A stretch of 64,000 bases of DNA. Origin: Elusimicrobiota bacterium (lineage in GTDB: Bacteria; Elusimicrobiota; Endomicrobiia; Endomicrobiales; JBDRNC01). The notes under the pieces were generated by a model. The model worked only from the letters and a program-made list of their open reading frames with translations, ran no database searches and was not told the origin of the DNA. Both the position numbers and the translations under genes were made by a program. The stretch covers positions 94,759-158,758 of the forward strand of contig JBDRNC010000004.1 in assembly GCA_043811535.1 (NCBI GenBank), read 5' to 3'. Shown piece by piece: positions 47,611 through 57,950 of the stretch; position 1 is the first letter of the stretch, and each line of letters opens with the position of its first letter.

Positions 47611-49968
47611 TTATCTATCTATCTTCTTTAAAGCCTCGCTAGCAGCTTCCCTCACTTTACTATCCTTGTCATTCAATAATCCGTTAAGCACTGGCACTGC
47701 TTCCTTGACTTTTTTATCCCCAAGCCAAATCGCCGCTCTTTTGCGGATCCTACTGTCTTCAGCGGAAAGTGACTCTATCAGCAACTGCGAAGCGCCTTTT
47801 GTATTCATCCTTGACAAATCATCTATTGCCCAAAGCTTAAGTTTAATACTTTTTCTGCTATCTAATGTGTACTTGAGAATCTCCAAGGCATTTTCGTCTT
47901 CCATTGTAGTCAGGGCTAGAAGACAATTATATGCCAGATCATAATTATCCGTAGTTTTGTATTTCTCAACAATGATATCCCTCCACTCATTCTTCATATT
48001 ATTATTGACAATATAGGGAGTAAGCGAAGTTGAAACTGCGTTTTGCATTTCCTTACTGAAAGCAAAAAGATCAAAAAGTTCGTTTATGGCTTCCTTGCTA
48101 CAAAAAGACGATATTCTGAATACAGCATTCTGCCTGATTTCGTAATCATCAGTATCCTTTGCTATCCTAGACAACGCCTTTATGTCTTTCATGCCGTCTA
48201 TTTTCCCTTTCATCCTGATACGTTCAAGGTATAGCAATTCTTCTTTACTTAATCTGGTGTTTAACCGGATATTCTCATAATACTCTTCCCTGTATCTGCC
48301 TTTACCGTCTTCGATATATTTCTTATGCTTCGCGTAAACCCATGCTTTTCCGATTTTCGTAAATTCGCTGAATACATCATAGTGGAGTAAAAAGGCGCCG
48401 CCCCTATATAAATTATGTTCTGTTATCACACCTTTACCGTAATCAACCGTGATGCTTGCATACATTTCTTTATCCCAATCGTGATAAGCGTCTCCTAATA
48501 TACCACGTATTATGTCTATTCCTGAATATTCGTCGCTTCCAGTTATAATTGGTTTTTGATACTCTTTGGTTTGATATACATTCAATATATATATGTTATT
48601 GTCTCGACTCGAATTAAACGTGTCAACGACCACGGTATAATGCTCATCCGACAAGTAAATCTCAAGAATATTATCTTCTCTTATCCTGTATTCCGCTGAG
48701 ATAAACGGTGGATGATCAAATTTCACGGTTTTGTTCCCGACAGCATCAGTAACCAGTTCGTGGTCACGTCTGGCCATATGTGTAGTCGTGATTTTTCTGC
48801 TTTGCAGCGTCATCGTTACTATTTTGTCACTCTCTTCTGTTATTTGTACCTCTAAATTCGGATTTATATATGTGTAATCGTATTTATATGACCCTTGATT
48901 CCCATCCGCATCTTGTATAGATACCGTTACAGTAGCTCTCAGATTCTTGATCCAACTTCTATTCTCGTGGAGCTTTCTTTGAATGTCATCAACTGAAATC
49001 TGACCCGGATAGCGTTTTTTACCGGCAAATGAGTATGATTTGATAAATTCAAGATTATCTCCGCGCTTCGCATCCATCCCCAGATATAAGATTATCTCTT
49101 TCTTTATCCTGTCGAGTTCTTCCATTGTAACATCTGGATCATGTGTTATTGTGACGGAAATATTTCTTAATATAATTTTTAACTCATAAGGAATAAGCGT
49201 TATTGCTTTGCCATTAGTGATGGGTAGTGTTTCATGTCCTGAACTTGGCTTTTTCCCGCTAGCAGATACATTAACCGAAGTATATATGCCTAAATCAACT
49301 CTCACAATAGCCTTACCATGGCCCAATATTTTATTAATAATTGAGGTTTGTATATATTGCGCTTTTTCTTTATTAAATTTTGCTACGACTTTGGAGGCCT
49401 TGGCCCCAATATTTTCATCTACGGTATTATTCTTTCCGTAATTGGGTATCGGGTGATAGTCTTCAATGATTATTTCCGGGTTTTTCATTCCGGGAGAACC
49501 ATACGCCATTGTAGCCCCTCCCGACAATTGATGTGTTTTCCCATCCAGTGTAATATTAATACTCGAACCGCTATTTGTGCGGCTATAATTCATAAATGCG
49601 CGCACAAGTTTATTATCAGGATTTATCTCAAGCGATCTGTTCCAGTATTCAAAAGCCGTATCTTGTTCGCCTTTAATGAAATATACCGATCCCGTTATAT
49701 CAAGAACAGTTACGTTCCTTGGCTCTGTTATTAATATTTCTTGACATATCTTTAAAGCTTCATCATACTTATTCATAATGACCGTTTGCCTGGCTTCATA
49801 TATTTTACGATCAGTATCGGTGAACCCGGGAATCTCATCTCTTACGGAGGATGTGGAAAATTGAATGGCTTTTGTGTCTGCTTTGGCGGAAACATTTACT
49901 ACATGGATTACAAGGAGAGCAAATAATACGGCTGTGAAGATAAAGCGGAACGTGGATTGTTGTCTCAT
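47611..49968 (-). CDS. Secreted mosaic protein: TPR, FliF-C-like ring-building motif, LolA-like and HEAT repeats
   Basis: TPR (AFEYWNRSLEINPDN); IINKILGHGKAIVRVD...LGMDAKRGDNLEF; IKNLRATV; PBS-HEAT repeats; start moved to MRQQS. Confidence 0.6.
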   Translation of the reverse strand: MRQQSTFRFIFTAVLFALLVIHVVNVSAKADTKAIQFSTSSVRDEIPGFTDTDRKIYEARQTVIMNKYDEALKICQEILITEPRNVTVLDITGSVYFIKGEQDTAFEYWNRSLEINPDNKLVRAFMNYSRTNSGSSINITLDGKTHQLSGGATMAYGSPGMKNPEIIIEDYHPIPNYGKNNTVDENIGAKASKVVAKFNKEKAQYIQTSIINKILGHGKAIVRVDLGIYTSVNVSASGKKPSSGHETLPITNGKAITLIPYELKIILRNISVTITHDPDVTMEELDRIKKEIILYLGMDAKRGDNLEFIKSYSFAGKKRYPGQISVDDIQRKLHENRSWIKNLRATVTVSIQDADGNQGSYKYDYTYINPNLEVQITEESDKIVTMTLQSRKITTTHMARRDHELVTDAVGNKTVKFDHPPFISAEYRIREDNILEIYLSDEHYTVVVDTFNSSRDNNIYILNVYQTKEYQKPIITGSDEYSGIDIIRGILGDAYHDWDKEMYASITVDYGKGVITEHNLYRGGAFLLHYDVFSEFTKIGKAWVYAKHKKYIEDGKGRYREEYYENIRLNTRLSKEELLYLERIRMKGKIDGMKDIKALSRIAKDTDDYEIRQNAVFRISSFCSKEAINELFDLFAFSKEMQNAVSTSLTPYIVNNNMKNEWRDIIVEKYKTTDNYDLAYNCLLALTTMEDENALEILKYTLDSRKSIKLKLWAIDDLSRMNTKGASQLLIESLSAEDSRIRKRAAIWLGDKKVKEAVPVLNGLLNDKDSKVREAASEALKKIDR

Positions 49969-50056
49969 ATTTCTCCGACAATGTAGGTATTTATTTCTCT
50001 CTACACTGCACACATGTTAGGATAATACTATGGTCTACCCTAATTCTCCACACAAC

Positions 50057-50989
50057 TTAGAACTGTATGCCTATCGAAATGGTTTGGGTATTTCCCAGGG
50101 AACCGAAAGGAACGTAAGCATAATCTATCCTGTAATCGGAATAGGATACCCCAAGTCCAAATGTTATTCCGTTACCGCCGGAATCTTTTCCCAACTGGCT
50201 ATATCCAGCCCTTCCAGCCAGGTACATATCTTTGCTTATTTTATAACTATATTCGCTGCCTGCCCCAAAATATACTTCGTTATCAATTGGGGCGTTTATG
50301 TCCATTGATGTTATCCAGCTATCGCTCAGATTGACTGCGACCCCTGTTTTTATGTTCACCGGGAGACTGTCTTCCGCGGTCAAGAACTTGATTTTGGTTC
50401 CCATATTCTGCACAGCGGCCCCTATTGATATTTTGTCATCATAAGTTTTATAAATACACCCTATATCTGCGGCAACAGCGCTTGCGCTTCTTTTTAGCTC
50501 CAGCGAAATCATCTTCACAGTCATGCCCAAATCGCATCCGATGATTTTTCTTGAATAAGCAACATTAAAAGCGATATCGGAAGGGCTAATGGCCCCGGTT
50601 TTCAAACCGGTATTGTCATAGCCATCTATGGAACCGTAGGACAAATACTGCAATCCTAATCCAAAAGCGCTTTCACCATCAATTTCCGTAACGAACGAAA
50701 CCCAGTCATACGTGATACCCTCAAACCAAGCCGTATGCATAAGGGTCGCGTCTGTGCCGCTCACCTGATTCATGCCCGCGGGATTCCAATATATAGCCGA
50801 TGAATCGTCCGAAATAGCGACAAACGCCTGTCCCATTGCCATAGACCGCGCTCCAATAGGTATCCTAAGAAACTCCGCGGAACATGTGCCTGCGTCTTTT
50901 TTGGAAAAGGCGCAATAGGCAAAGTTCTGGCATGTCATTGCCAGAAGAATACCGCAAATTATACCCCTGAATGGCGCAGAATAACGCAT
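50057..50989 (-). CDS. PorV/PorQ family outer-membrane beta-barrel protein
   Basis: AEFLRIPIGARSMAMGQAFVAISDDSSAIYWNPAG; IDYAY..FGSLGNT; C-terminal Phe. Confidence 0.9.
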   Translation of the reverse strand: MRYSAPFRGIICGILLAMTCQNFAYCAFSKKDAGTCSAEFLRIPIGARSMAMGQAFVAISDDSSAIYWNPAGMNQVSGTDATLMHTAWFEGITYDWVSFVTEIDGESAFGLGLQYLSYGSIDGYDNTGLKTGAISPSDIAFNVAYSRKIIGCDLGMTVKMISLELKRSASAVAADIGCIYKTYDDKISIGAAVQNMGTKIKFLTAEDSLPVNIKTGVAVNLSDSWITSMDINAPIDNEVYFGAGSEYSYKISKDMYLAGRAGYSQLGKDSGGNGITFGLGVSYSDYRIDYAYVPFGSLGNTQTISIGIQF

Positions 50990-50990
50990 A

Positions 50991-53900
50991 TTATTTTTCT
51001 ACGATCACCTTTATTCTTTTCATTTCAGTAGAGTGTTCAATAGTAATGATGTACACCCCGCTTCCTACCAGAATACCTGAGTCGTTTTTACCATCCCATT
51101 TAGCTCTTCCGTTGCCGGAAGTATATTCAAGTTTCCTTATAAGTTCGCCGACAACATTATATATCCTGATATCGGCCTCATTCGTCAGGTTATCCATGGT
51201 CATATTTCCGTCAGCCAGCGGGTTAAACGGCACGGGATACGCTTTTACGGCGGACAAATTACTTGATGCCGCAAGCTGAACTATCGCGAATTTGGAAAGG
51301 TGCCTTGCTGTTCCCGTCACCTTTTTCAGGTTCGGATATGACGTTGACGGTAATGACAGCCAGCGCGAATGCTTTTCATCATAATATGCCAAAACAAGTT
51401 TATCAACATCCAGCCCAGAAACGTCAGTATCCCCATAATCCAAAGTAATGGTAATGTCTTTAAGCGGCTGCAATCCCTTATCGTTCTTAATTTCAATCCC
51501 TACCGCGCTTAATTTTATCTCTGACCTGTCAGCACGCGGAACCGACGCTTCGCATACCGTCAGAACAACATCATCCCTAAATGTTCCCGCGGGGACATAT
51601 ACCTTAACTTCTCCATGACTGCTCTTGAAAGATACCGTTGTATTGAGTGTTTTATCTATGTTAGTTACGGTTATGGTAGAAAATAATGGAAGCGCTGTTA
51701 TCAAAAACCCATCGGTTAATACTGCAGAAACTGATCCATCCCCTCCTGTACTTACCATAACATCCCAATAACCCGTTGTCATATCGATTAGATTGAATGC
51801 GCAGGTTATCTTTGACTGGTTCACTATAATAACATCTGTTGCATTAATGTCAACTTCCCCGGTTTGTTTCAATTTTACGGTAGAGCCGGAAACAAATCCG
51901 GCACCCGCAAGATCTGTAATCGACACTTGCTCCGTGTTAAGCCCGGTATTTGGAGTTATGGAAGTGACAGCCATTGGACTGATCAGGAAACCGTTAGAAA
52001 GCGTTGCTGACGCTGAATTAAGCCCGCCCGTCGAAACTTCAACATTCCAATATCCGATTGCTTTGCCGGCAAGGTCAAACACGCAGGTTATCTGAACGGA
52101 ACTTACAGCTACCACATTAGTGCCCACGATGTTGCTCTGCCCCCCCTTTGCAAGCTTCACCGTTGAATTCGCTGTAAATCCTACACCTGCCAAATTGGTT
52201 ATTGATATAGGACTGCTGTTGTATCCACTGATTGGTGTTATAGCAGTAATGTCTATTATGTTCACAAGTAAACCGCTGCTTAATGTAACGAAAAACGAAC
52301 CCGCTCCGCCTGTTGCCACAACAACGTCCCAGTAACCCGTGACAATACCTGTAAGGTCCAGATTACAGGTTATTGTTGAATTGTTAGCCACATTGACATT
52401 TGTTGCATCGATAGAACTCTGCCCAGACTTACTAATTTTTACTTCAGAACCGATTACAAACCACCCATTTCCAGTCAAACTTGTTATTGACACCAACCCG
52501 GAATTGCTTGCAACTGCAGGTGTTATAGATGTAAGTATTGGATCAGACACATCTGGCGCATCTATCGCCGATGTTGGCGAACCCGTTGCGGTTGTGCTCC
52601 AGATATCATAAGCTTCAAAATAATATGTGTAATCGGTACCGATCGTGTCGAGCATTTTTGAGTATGTATATATTGCCCCGGTATTATTCTCTCCGGAAAC
52701 ATAAGCCATCGTGAACGGACTGCTGGCAATTTCAGAACCCCCTTTCTTAATATGAACTTTGGGGTAACCGCTTTTAGGCGCGTCATTATTGTCATCCGTA
52801 TATTTAACTCTGAAGTTGAATGATGTTGAAACAGACCCGCTTTCAAGGTCAAGTCCATCGGAAGTATAATTCGGCTCACCAGTCCAGGAAAGCGTGGGAG
52901 GAGTAGTAACAATTATTGCGTACAAATAACCATCATTGCTTCCGACATAAATAGTTCCGTCCGACCCTATCGCTGGTGAAGAATACACATCACCGCCAGT
53001 TTTATATTTCCATTTAAGAGTTCCATTGGGACTAATCGCGTACAAATAATCATCATTACTTCCGATATAAATTGTCCCATCCAATCCTATCGCAGGCGAA
53101 GATTGTATAGTACCACCTGTCAGATATAACCACTTAAGCGTTCCTGAGGTATTTATCGCATACAAATATCCATCATAATTTCCAACATATATGGTTCCAT
53201 CAGATCCAATTGCTGGTGAAGAGGGCACAAAATCGCTGGTTTGATATTTCCATTTCATTGTTCCCGAGGGATTTACTGCGTGCAAATAATAATCATAACT
53301 ACCAATATATACAGTTCCGTCTGGCCCTATTGCCGGCGTAGAATTCACGCTATTGCCCATTTGATATTTCCATTTTACAGTTCCCGAAGAACATATCGCG
53401 TGCAGATAATTATCGTAACTTCCAACATAAACAGTTCCATCTGAACCTATTGCTGGCGAAGATTGCACATTTTCATCTGTCTGATACTTCCATTTAATCG
53501 TACCCGTAGAACATATTGCATGTAAATACTTGTCGGCACTTCCAACATAAACAGTTCCGCCAGTTCCTATTGCAGGTGAGGATGCCAATAAATTTCCTGT
53601 TTGATACTTCCATTTGATTGTTCCCGTAGAACATATCGCGTGTAGATAATTATCAAAACTTCCGACATAAACAGTTCCGTCAGCCCCGATCGCAGGCGCA
53701 GAAAGCAAGGTATCGTCTGTCTGATATTTCCATTTTATAGTTCCCGAAGAACATATCGCGTGAAGATAATTATCATTACTTCCGACATATACAGTCCCGT
53801 CCAGCCCAATTGCTGGCGAAGATTGCACATTGCTGCCAGTTAGATATCTCCATTTAAGTATTCCGACTGACCCCGACACAGGTATTGTGCTTACTCCGGT

Positions 53901-54059
53901 ATGATACAGATTCTGTCTAAACATCGGCCAGGGTGTATTAGCCAGCTCCGCGCGCAATATCCCGCTTACGCTGATTATCAAGGTCAAGATCAGCACCACA
54001 AAGAGAATGATGAATATAATTTTCTTCTTCACAATATTATTCTCTGTTTCTGCCCTCAT
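50991..54059 (-). CDS. Secreted PQQ-like beta-propeller protein with IPT/TIG repeats and T9SS type-A/FlgD-like C-terminal domain
   Basis: Eight SSPAIG.DGT.Y.GS.D..L.A repeats; three ITP..G repeats; AYPVPFNP..IYNVVGELIR..WDGKN..SGVYI. Confidence 0.88.
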   Translation of the reverse strand: MRAETENNIVKKKIIFIILFVVLILTLIISVSGILRAELANTPWPMFRQNLYHTGVSTIPVSGSVGILKWRYLTGSNVQSSPAIGLDGTVYVGSNDNYLHAICSSGTIKWKYQTDDTLLSAPAIGADGTVYVGSFDNYLHAICSTGTIKWKYQTGNLLASSPAIGTGGTVYVGSADKYLHAICSTGTIKWKYQTDENVQSSPAIGSDGTVYVGSYDNYLHAICSSGTVKWKYQMGNSVNSTPAIGPDGTVYIGSYDYYLHAVNPSGTMKWKYQTSDFVPSSPAIGSDGTIYVGNYDGYLYAINTSGTLKWLYLTGGTIQSSPAIGLDGTIYIGSNDDYLYAISPNGTLKWKYKTGGDVYSSPAIGSDGTIYVGSNDGYLYAIIVTTPPTLSWTGEPNYTSDGLDLESGSVSTSFNFRVKYTDDNNDAPKSGYPKVHIKKGGSEIASSPFTMAYVSGENNTGAIYTYSKMLDTIGTDYTYYFEAYDIWSTTATGSPTSAIDAPDVSDPILTSITPAVASNSGLVSITSLTGNGWFVIGSEVKISKSGQSSIDATNVNVANNSTITCNLDLTGIVTGYWDVVVATGGAGSFFVTLSSGLLVNIIDITAITPISGYNSSPISITNLAGVGFTANSTVKLAKGGQSNIVGTNVVAVSSVQITCVFDLAGKAIGYWNVEVSTGGLNSASATLSNGFLISPMAVTSITPNTGLNTEQVSITDLAGAGFVSGSTVKLKQTGEVDINATDVIIVNQSKITCAFNLIDMTTGYWDVMVSTGGDGSVSAVLTDGFLITALPLFSTITVTNIDKTLNTTVSFKSSHGEVKVYVPAGTFRDDVVLTVCEASVPRADRSEIKLSAVGIEIKNDKGLQPLKDITITLDYGDTDVSGLDVDKLVLAYYDEKHSRWLSLPSTSYPNLKKVTGTARHLSKFAIVQLAASSNLSAVKAYPVPFNPLADGNMTMDNLTNEADIRIYNVVGELIRKLEYTSGNGRAKWDGKNDSGILVGSGVYIITIEHSTEMKRIKVIVEK

Positions 54060-55075
54060 TACGCGGACTCTCTTAAAACCAATTCGGGAATTGAACCGTA
54101 CATCATTGGGCTCTCATTTCCTGTGTTCCTATTCTCTAATTTCACCAAAAGCCTTTTCGCAGCTTTCTCCACCACGTCTCTCATCGGCATGGCAATTGTC
54201 GATAGAGGCGGGCTAGTGAAGTTGGCCTCGGGTATATTGTCATATCCTATTACCGCAATATTACCTGGAATATCCAAACCCTTCTCTTTTATCGCTGCTA
54301 TGGCGCCCATCGCCATTTTATCATTCGCGGCAAATATAGCGTCCGGAATGCGCTTCTGGCTTATAAGGACCCTTACGACATCCCTGGCCTTATTATAATC
54401 GAAGTACGCGTCCTTAATCAGGTCAGAATAGACCTTAATCCCTGCCTCATCCAACGCTTTCCGGAAACCCATGAATCTGTCAGCTGCATCAGGCCAATCC
54501 GGCCGGCCGTGAAGAAAGGCTATTGTTTTTTTGCCTTTATCTATCAAATACTTGGCAGCCATATATCCACCGCGCGCATTATCGACCGCAAATGAGTCAA
54601 AATCATCATTCCGTGAAAACACCATGACCACGGGTAACTTGCCCTTCTTCAACTTATCCAATGCCGCAGGGACAATCCGCACCGGACTGCTTATCACCGC
54701 CCCTGCTATTAATTTACTGTTACGCATATCGATCAATCTCTGATAATCAAATTCATATTCATCAAGCAAAAGGATATTATATCCATTCTTTATCAACACG
54801 GAATTCAAGGTCTTTATCACTTCGACAAGCATGAAATCAATTGTATTAAATACATTGCTTGGCATAACCAGAGCTATCAGGCTTGCCCCCTTGCCGGCAC
54901 GGATAGAACCGCGGACCCTTGGCCTGTAATTAATTCTATTCAGGTACCTGATTATCCTGTCTTTTTTCGCACGGTCTATGTACCCTTCGTTGTATAGTGC
55001 CCTGGATATGGTTCTTCTTGAGATGTGAAGTTTTCTGGATATATCGGTAAGGTTCACGGTAGGCCCCTCGGGCAT
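54059..55075 (-). CDS. LacI-family transcriptional regulator
   Basis: LTDISRKLHISRRTISRAL HTH; DNARGG, AIFAANDKMA, IPGNIAVIGYDN, PPLSTI, LVLRES; true start may be GTG 55057. Confidence 0.93.
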   Translation of the reverse strand: MPEGPTVNLTDISRKLHISRRTISRALYNEGYIDRAKKDRIIRYLNRINYRPRVRGSIRAGKGASLIALVMPSNVFNTIDFMLVEVIKTLNSVLIKNGYNILLLDEYEFDYQRLIDMRNSKLIAGAVISSPVRIVPAALDKLKKGKLPVVMVFSRNDDFDSFAVDNARGGYMAAKYLIDKGKKTIAFLHGRPDWPDAADRFMGFRKALDEAGIKVYSDLIKDAYFDYNKARDVVRVLISQKRIPDAIFAANDKMAMGAIAAIKEKGLDIPGNIAVIGYDNIPEANFTSPPLSTIAMPMRDVVEKAAKRLLVKLENRNTGNESPMMYGSIPELVLRESA

Positions 55076-55081
55076 CAGGAG

Positions 55082-55127
55082 ATATGCCCTTTGGGCATAT
55101 TATAGCAGGAAGTCTCCCTTTTGTCAA
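55082..55127 (-). promoter_or_regulatory. Consensus sigma-70 promoter overlapped by operator-like palindrome
   Basis: TTGACA-17 bp-TATAAT; ATATGCCC-N3-GGGCATAT at 55082-55100. Confidence 0.8.
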
Positions 55128-55502
55128 CTATTTACGTAGATAAAAGGATATTATACGTCGTAAGATTTCCTTGGACGAATAGGTTACCAATAAACAAAAA
55201 CCATATCGGCTTTGAGGCTGATGTGGTCTAACATAAATAAAAATCCGCTTGGTCCTTATTTGTCATTGTTTCTAGCGGCTTAAAGCCTTTGGCCGGACTT
55301 CCAAGATTTGGACATCAGTCTTAGCCATTTTTGGGATCAGTTGACTAACTGAACTACTCCAAGCAGAATACGGTACGGTCACACTCTATGCTCACTTCTA
55401 GTCAATTTATAGATTATGTCGCATTCATACTAAATATTATTATATTAACTGAAGACCATCACCTATTTCTCAAGTTCCGCTGGATTGACTTGTTAGAATA
55501 TT

Positions 55503-56078
55503 TTATTTTAGTAATACTTTATCTAAATTGTAAAATTTATCGCATTTGCTTTCCAACTGAGGATTTAAACCTGATGATAGAGCACCAACATAGACTTGAA
55601 CATTTTGACGCATAACTTCTTCTATAAGAGGTATATAGTCTCCATCGCCACTTACAAGAATCAATCTATCAATGGTGTCGTTATAGGCACTTCTTAATGC
55701 ATCTATGGAAATATTTATATCAACGCTTTTTGTACCTTTACTTCTGTTTTCCTTTTTAAAAATACGTGGTACGATTGTACTTTTTCTGGAATATTGTTGT
55801 TCGTATGTAAATTCGTAACCGATTTTTGATATCTTATTGTTTAATGCTTCTAATTCATCTAGAGAACCTACAAAAGTATTGTAATATGATACCCTCAATA
55901 TTTCCATTGTGTCATAAATATGAAGTATCCCTGGAGCCCATACAAAATTATTAAAACAAGTTACAGACGTTGCAGGTTCACTTCCGCTATCTATACATGC
56001 TTTATATCTATTATATAGATTTTCACCATCAATTAATACTATGGTTCTTAAATCCATTTGTTCCTCCATTTTATTCAT
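55503..56078 (-). CDS. NYN domain (PIN-like) nuclease
   Basis: IDGENL, KSVDINISID, LVSGDGDYIPL. Confidence 0.9.
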   Translation of the reverse strand: MNKMEEQMDLRTIVLIDGENLYNRYKACIDSGSEPATSVTCFNNFVWAPGILHIYDTMEILRVSYYNTFVGSLDELEALNNKISKIGYEFTYEQQYSRKSTIVPRIFKKENRSKGTKSVDINISIDALRSAYNDTIDRLILVSGDGDYIPLIEEVMRQNVQVYVGALSSGLNPQLESKCDKFYNLDKVLLK

Positions 56079-56213
56079 ATTCTGTCATTGGAAATAAGCG
56101 TGACAAAGAGGACATTATTCCTTTTCTGCGCCATAATGTATCTATTGCAGCATTTTCTACGGCCCAGAGAATCTATACACTTAAATCTGTTTTCATGACA
56201 GTAGTAATTTACG

Positions 56214-56960
56214 TTAGTATTCCAAATCCCCATTCTTGTTTATTCTAAAATATGGATCGTATTCTGCAAAAGCAATCATGGGGATCCATTCTCCTTTTTC
56301 ATTTATTTTTGCTATTGTCCATCCAAGCCTAATTGTAGTGGGATAAAATTTGAAATACCCCCCCTTGCTTTTGATTTGAAATTGAATATATCTCCGTATT
56401 TGAAAATCAAGCATTGTAATAGTGTTATTTGTATAAGGGCCGTGTGTTTCAATATTCTCTTCGCTATCTCCTGTATTTACATATATTGCGATATCCCCCT
56501 GACCATCAATTTCCCAATCCCATCTTATTACTTGGACTATCCTAATTTGTTCTTTTTTATAGTCATCTATGTAGACATTTCTTAGCATACGTTCGATTAC
56601 TCGAAAGTATGGATCGGCAGGAATAATTTTACGTATCTTTTTTATAGAGTTTGACAATTCATAAAAGTCTTTTTTCGTTATTTGCTTCGAATATTCTTCT
56701 AAATACGCTTTTAAATCATTCAAATCTCTTTCGGCTACAACTTTTCTTAACAAATCAACCTGAATATACTTAAGATAATCCTCCAAACCTGGCAATTTAC
56801 TAATTTTCGAAAACATACTAATGTTTATATCTGTCTTAAAATTGGTCTCATTATACCCACCACTTTGATTAACATTCCTATTATTATGGCATGAGCCAAG
56901 AATAAAACAAGAAATAAATAAACATACTACAAGTTTTAATATGTATTGATTCGTTTTCAT
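56214..56960 (-). CDS. Hypothetical lipoprotein
   Basis: Start MKTNQ; lipobox LGSC. Confidence 0.65.
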   Translation of the reverse strand: MKTNQYILKLVVCLFISCFILGSCHNNRNVNQSGGYNETNFKTDINISMFSKISKLPGLEDYLKYIQVDLLRKVVAERDLNDLKAYLEEYSKQITKKDFYELSNSIKKIRKIIPADPYFRVIERMLRNVYIDDYKKEQIRIVQVIRWDWEIDGQGDIAIYVNTGDSEENIETHGPYTNNTITMLDFQIRRYIQFQIKSKGGYFKFYPTTIRLGWTIAKINEKGEWIPMIAFAEYDPYFRINKNGDLEY

Positions 56961-57004
56961 ACTTATTAATATTAAGAATTCCAATATTTACTAAACTCTT
57001 GAAT

Positions 57005-57148
57005 TTATTTAATATCTGAATTAATCTCTACATTTTGATCTGTGTTAGTTTTATTGACACCACCACTTTGATTAATATTTTTGTTGCTCATGCATGAGCT
57101 CACTAATGCCAACAGAACAAAAATACAAAACAGATAAATTCTTTTCAT
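57005..57148 (-). CDS. 47-aa lipoprotein-like ORF or truncated paralog of the downstream lipoprotein
   Basis: Manual translation MKRIYLFCIFVLLALVSSCMSNKNINQSGGVNKTNTDQNVEINSDIK; SD GGAGG. Confidence 0.55.
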   Translation of the reverse strand: MKRIYLFCIFVLLALVSSCMSNKNINQSGGVNKTNTDQNVEINSDIK

Positions 57149-57299
57149 CATTCCTCCCTAAAATATGTTTAACTAATTATTAGATTTTCAAGCGGGGCAC
57201 ACCAATCTTCATCTGTGTCATTTTTTCTTATTAAATGTTATTTCTTCTTCAAATACTTTAATTTGACCATTAGTGCCATTATTTTCGGTTTCCTTGCCC

Positions 57300-57433
57300 T
57301 GTCCCTATTTTCGGACAAAGTTATAAGTCTTTTCGTATTTAAAGACATTAATATGGCAAGCAGGCTTACCCATATTTCTTTTATGGGCTGATAACAGTCT
57401 GTTCAACTAAATTATTTCCGTAAATGGGTTCAT
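57300..57433 (-). pseudogene. Frameshifted remnant resembling a type I restriction HsdR N-terminus
   Basis: MNPFTENNLVEQTVI, then across frameshifts IKEIW / GKPACHINVF. Confidence 0.4.
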
Positions 57434-57435
57434 AC

Positions 57436-57945
57436 TTAATCATTCGCAACCTTATTACTAAAAAGTTCCTGGAAATAATTATTCCATCTCATATTCTTAT
57501 TCATATTTTCGGCATTATCAGAACATTTCATGATTTCAAGCCCGTACTTTCTACACATTAATTCAAATTTATTTGCTAGTGCACTGTATTGCATTTTCAG
57601 AATACCAGCTGCAAATTCATTACAAAGCAGGTCATTAGCAGAAGTTCTATAGCAGTGATATAATTCGTGGAATAGAATTATTTTCTTGTCGTCATTGTCT
57701 AATTTACTGTGAACGAAAACTGCCTTGTCTGTTTTCAAAGAAAACCCCATCAATTCGCATCCATTATACTCAATAATCGTGTATTCTACACGGAGTTTAT
57801 CTATCAACTCATAATATTTCGTATTTGCGTTAATTCCATATCTATTCATAATATCACAAATATCTTTTTCTACATTAATTGCAGTCATAATATCTTTAAT
57901 ACCTACTTCACGCGTACATATTTTATCACGCCAATATAAACGCAC
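57436..57945 (-). CDS. ImmA/IrrE-family metallopeptidase
   Basis: LFHELYH HExxH motif followed by CNEFAAGIL. Confidence 0.75.
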   Translation of the reverse strand: MRLYWRDKICTREVGIKDIMTAINVEKDICDIMNRYGINANTKYYELIDKLRVEYTIIEYNGCELMGFSLKTDKAVFVHSKLDNDDKKIILFHELYHCYRTSANDLLCNEFAAGILKMQYSALANKFELMCRKYGLEIMKCSDNAENMNKNMRWNNYFQELFSNKVAND

Positions 57946-57950
57946 TCGTA

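Noticed and set aside
42949..50013. Integron cassette array of secreted proteins
   Set aside because: No RYYYAAC...GTTRRRY attC structures found between the genes and no integrase
52910..53860. 120-bp tandem DNA repeats
   Set aside because: Explained by the 40-aa coding repeats of the PQQ-like propeller
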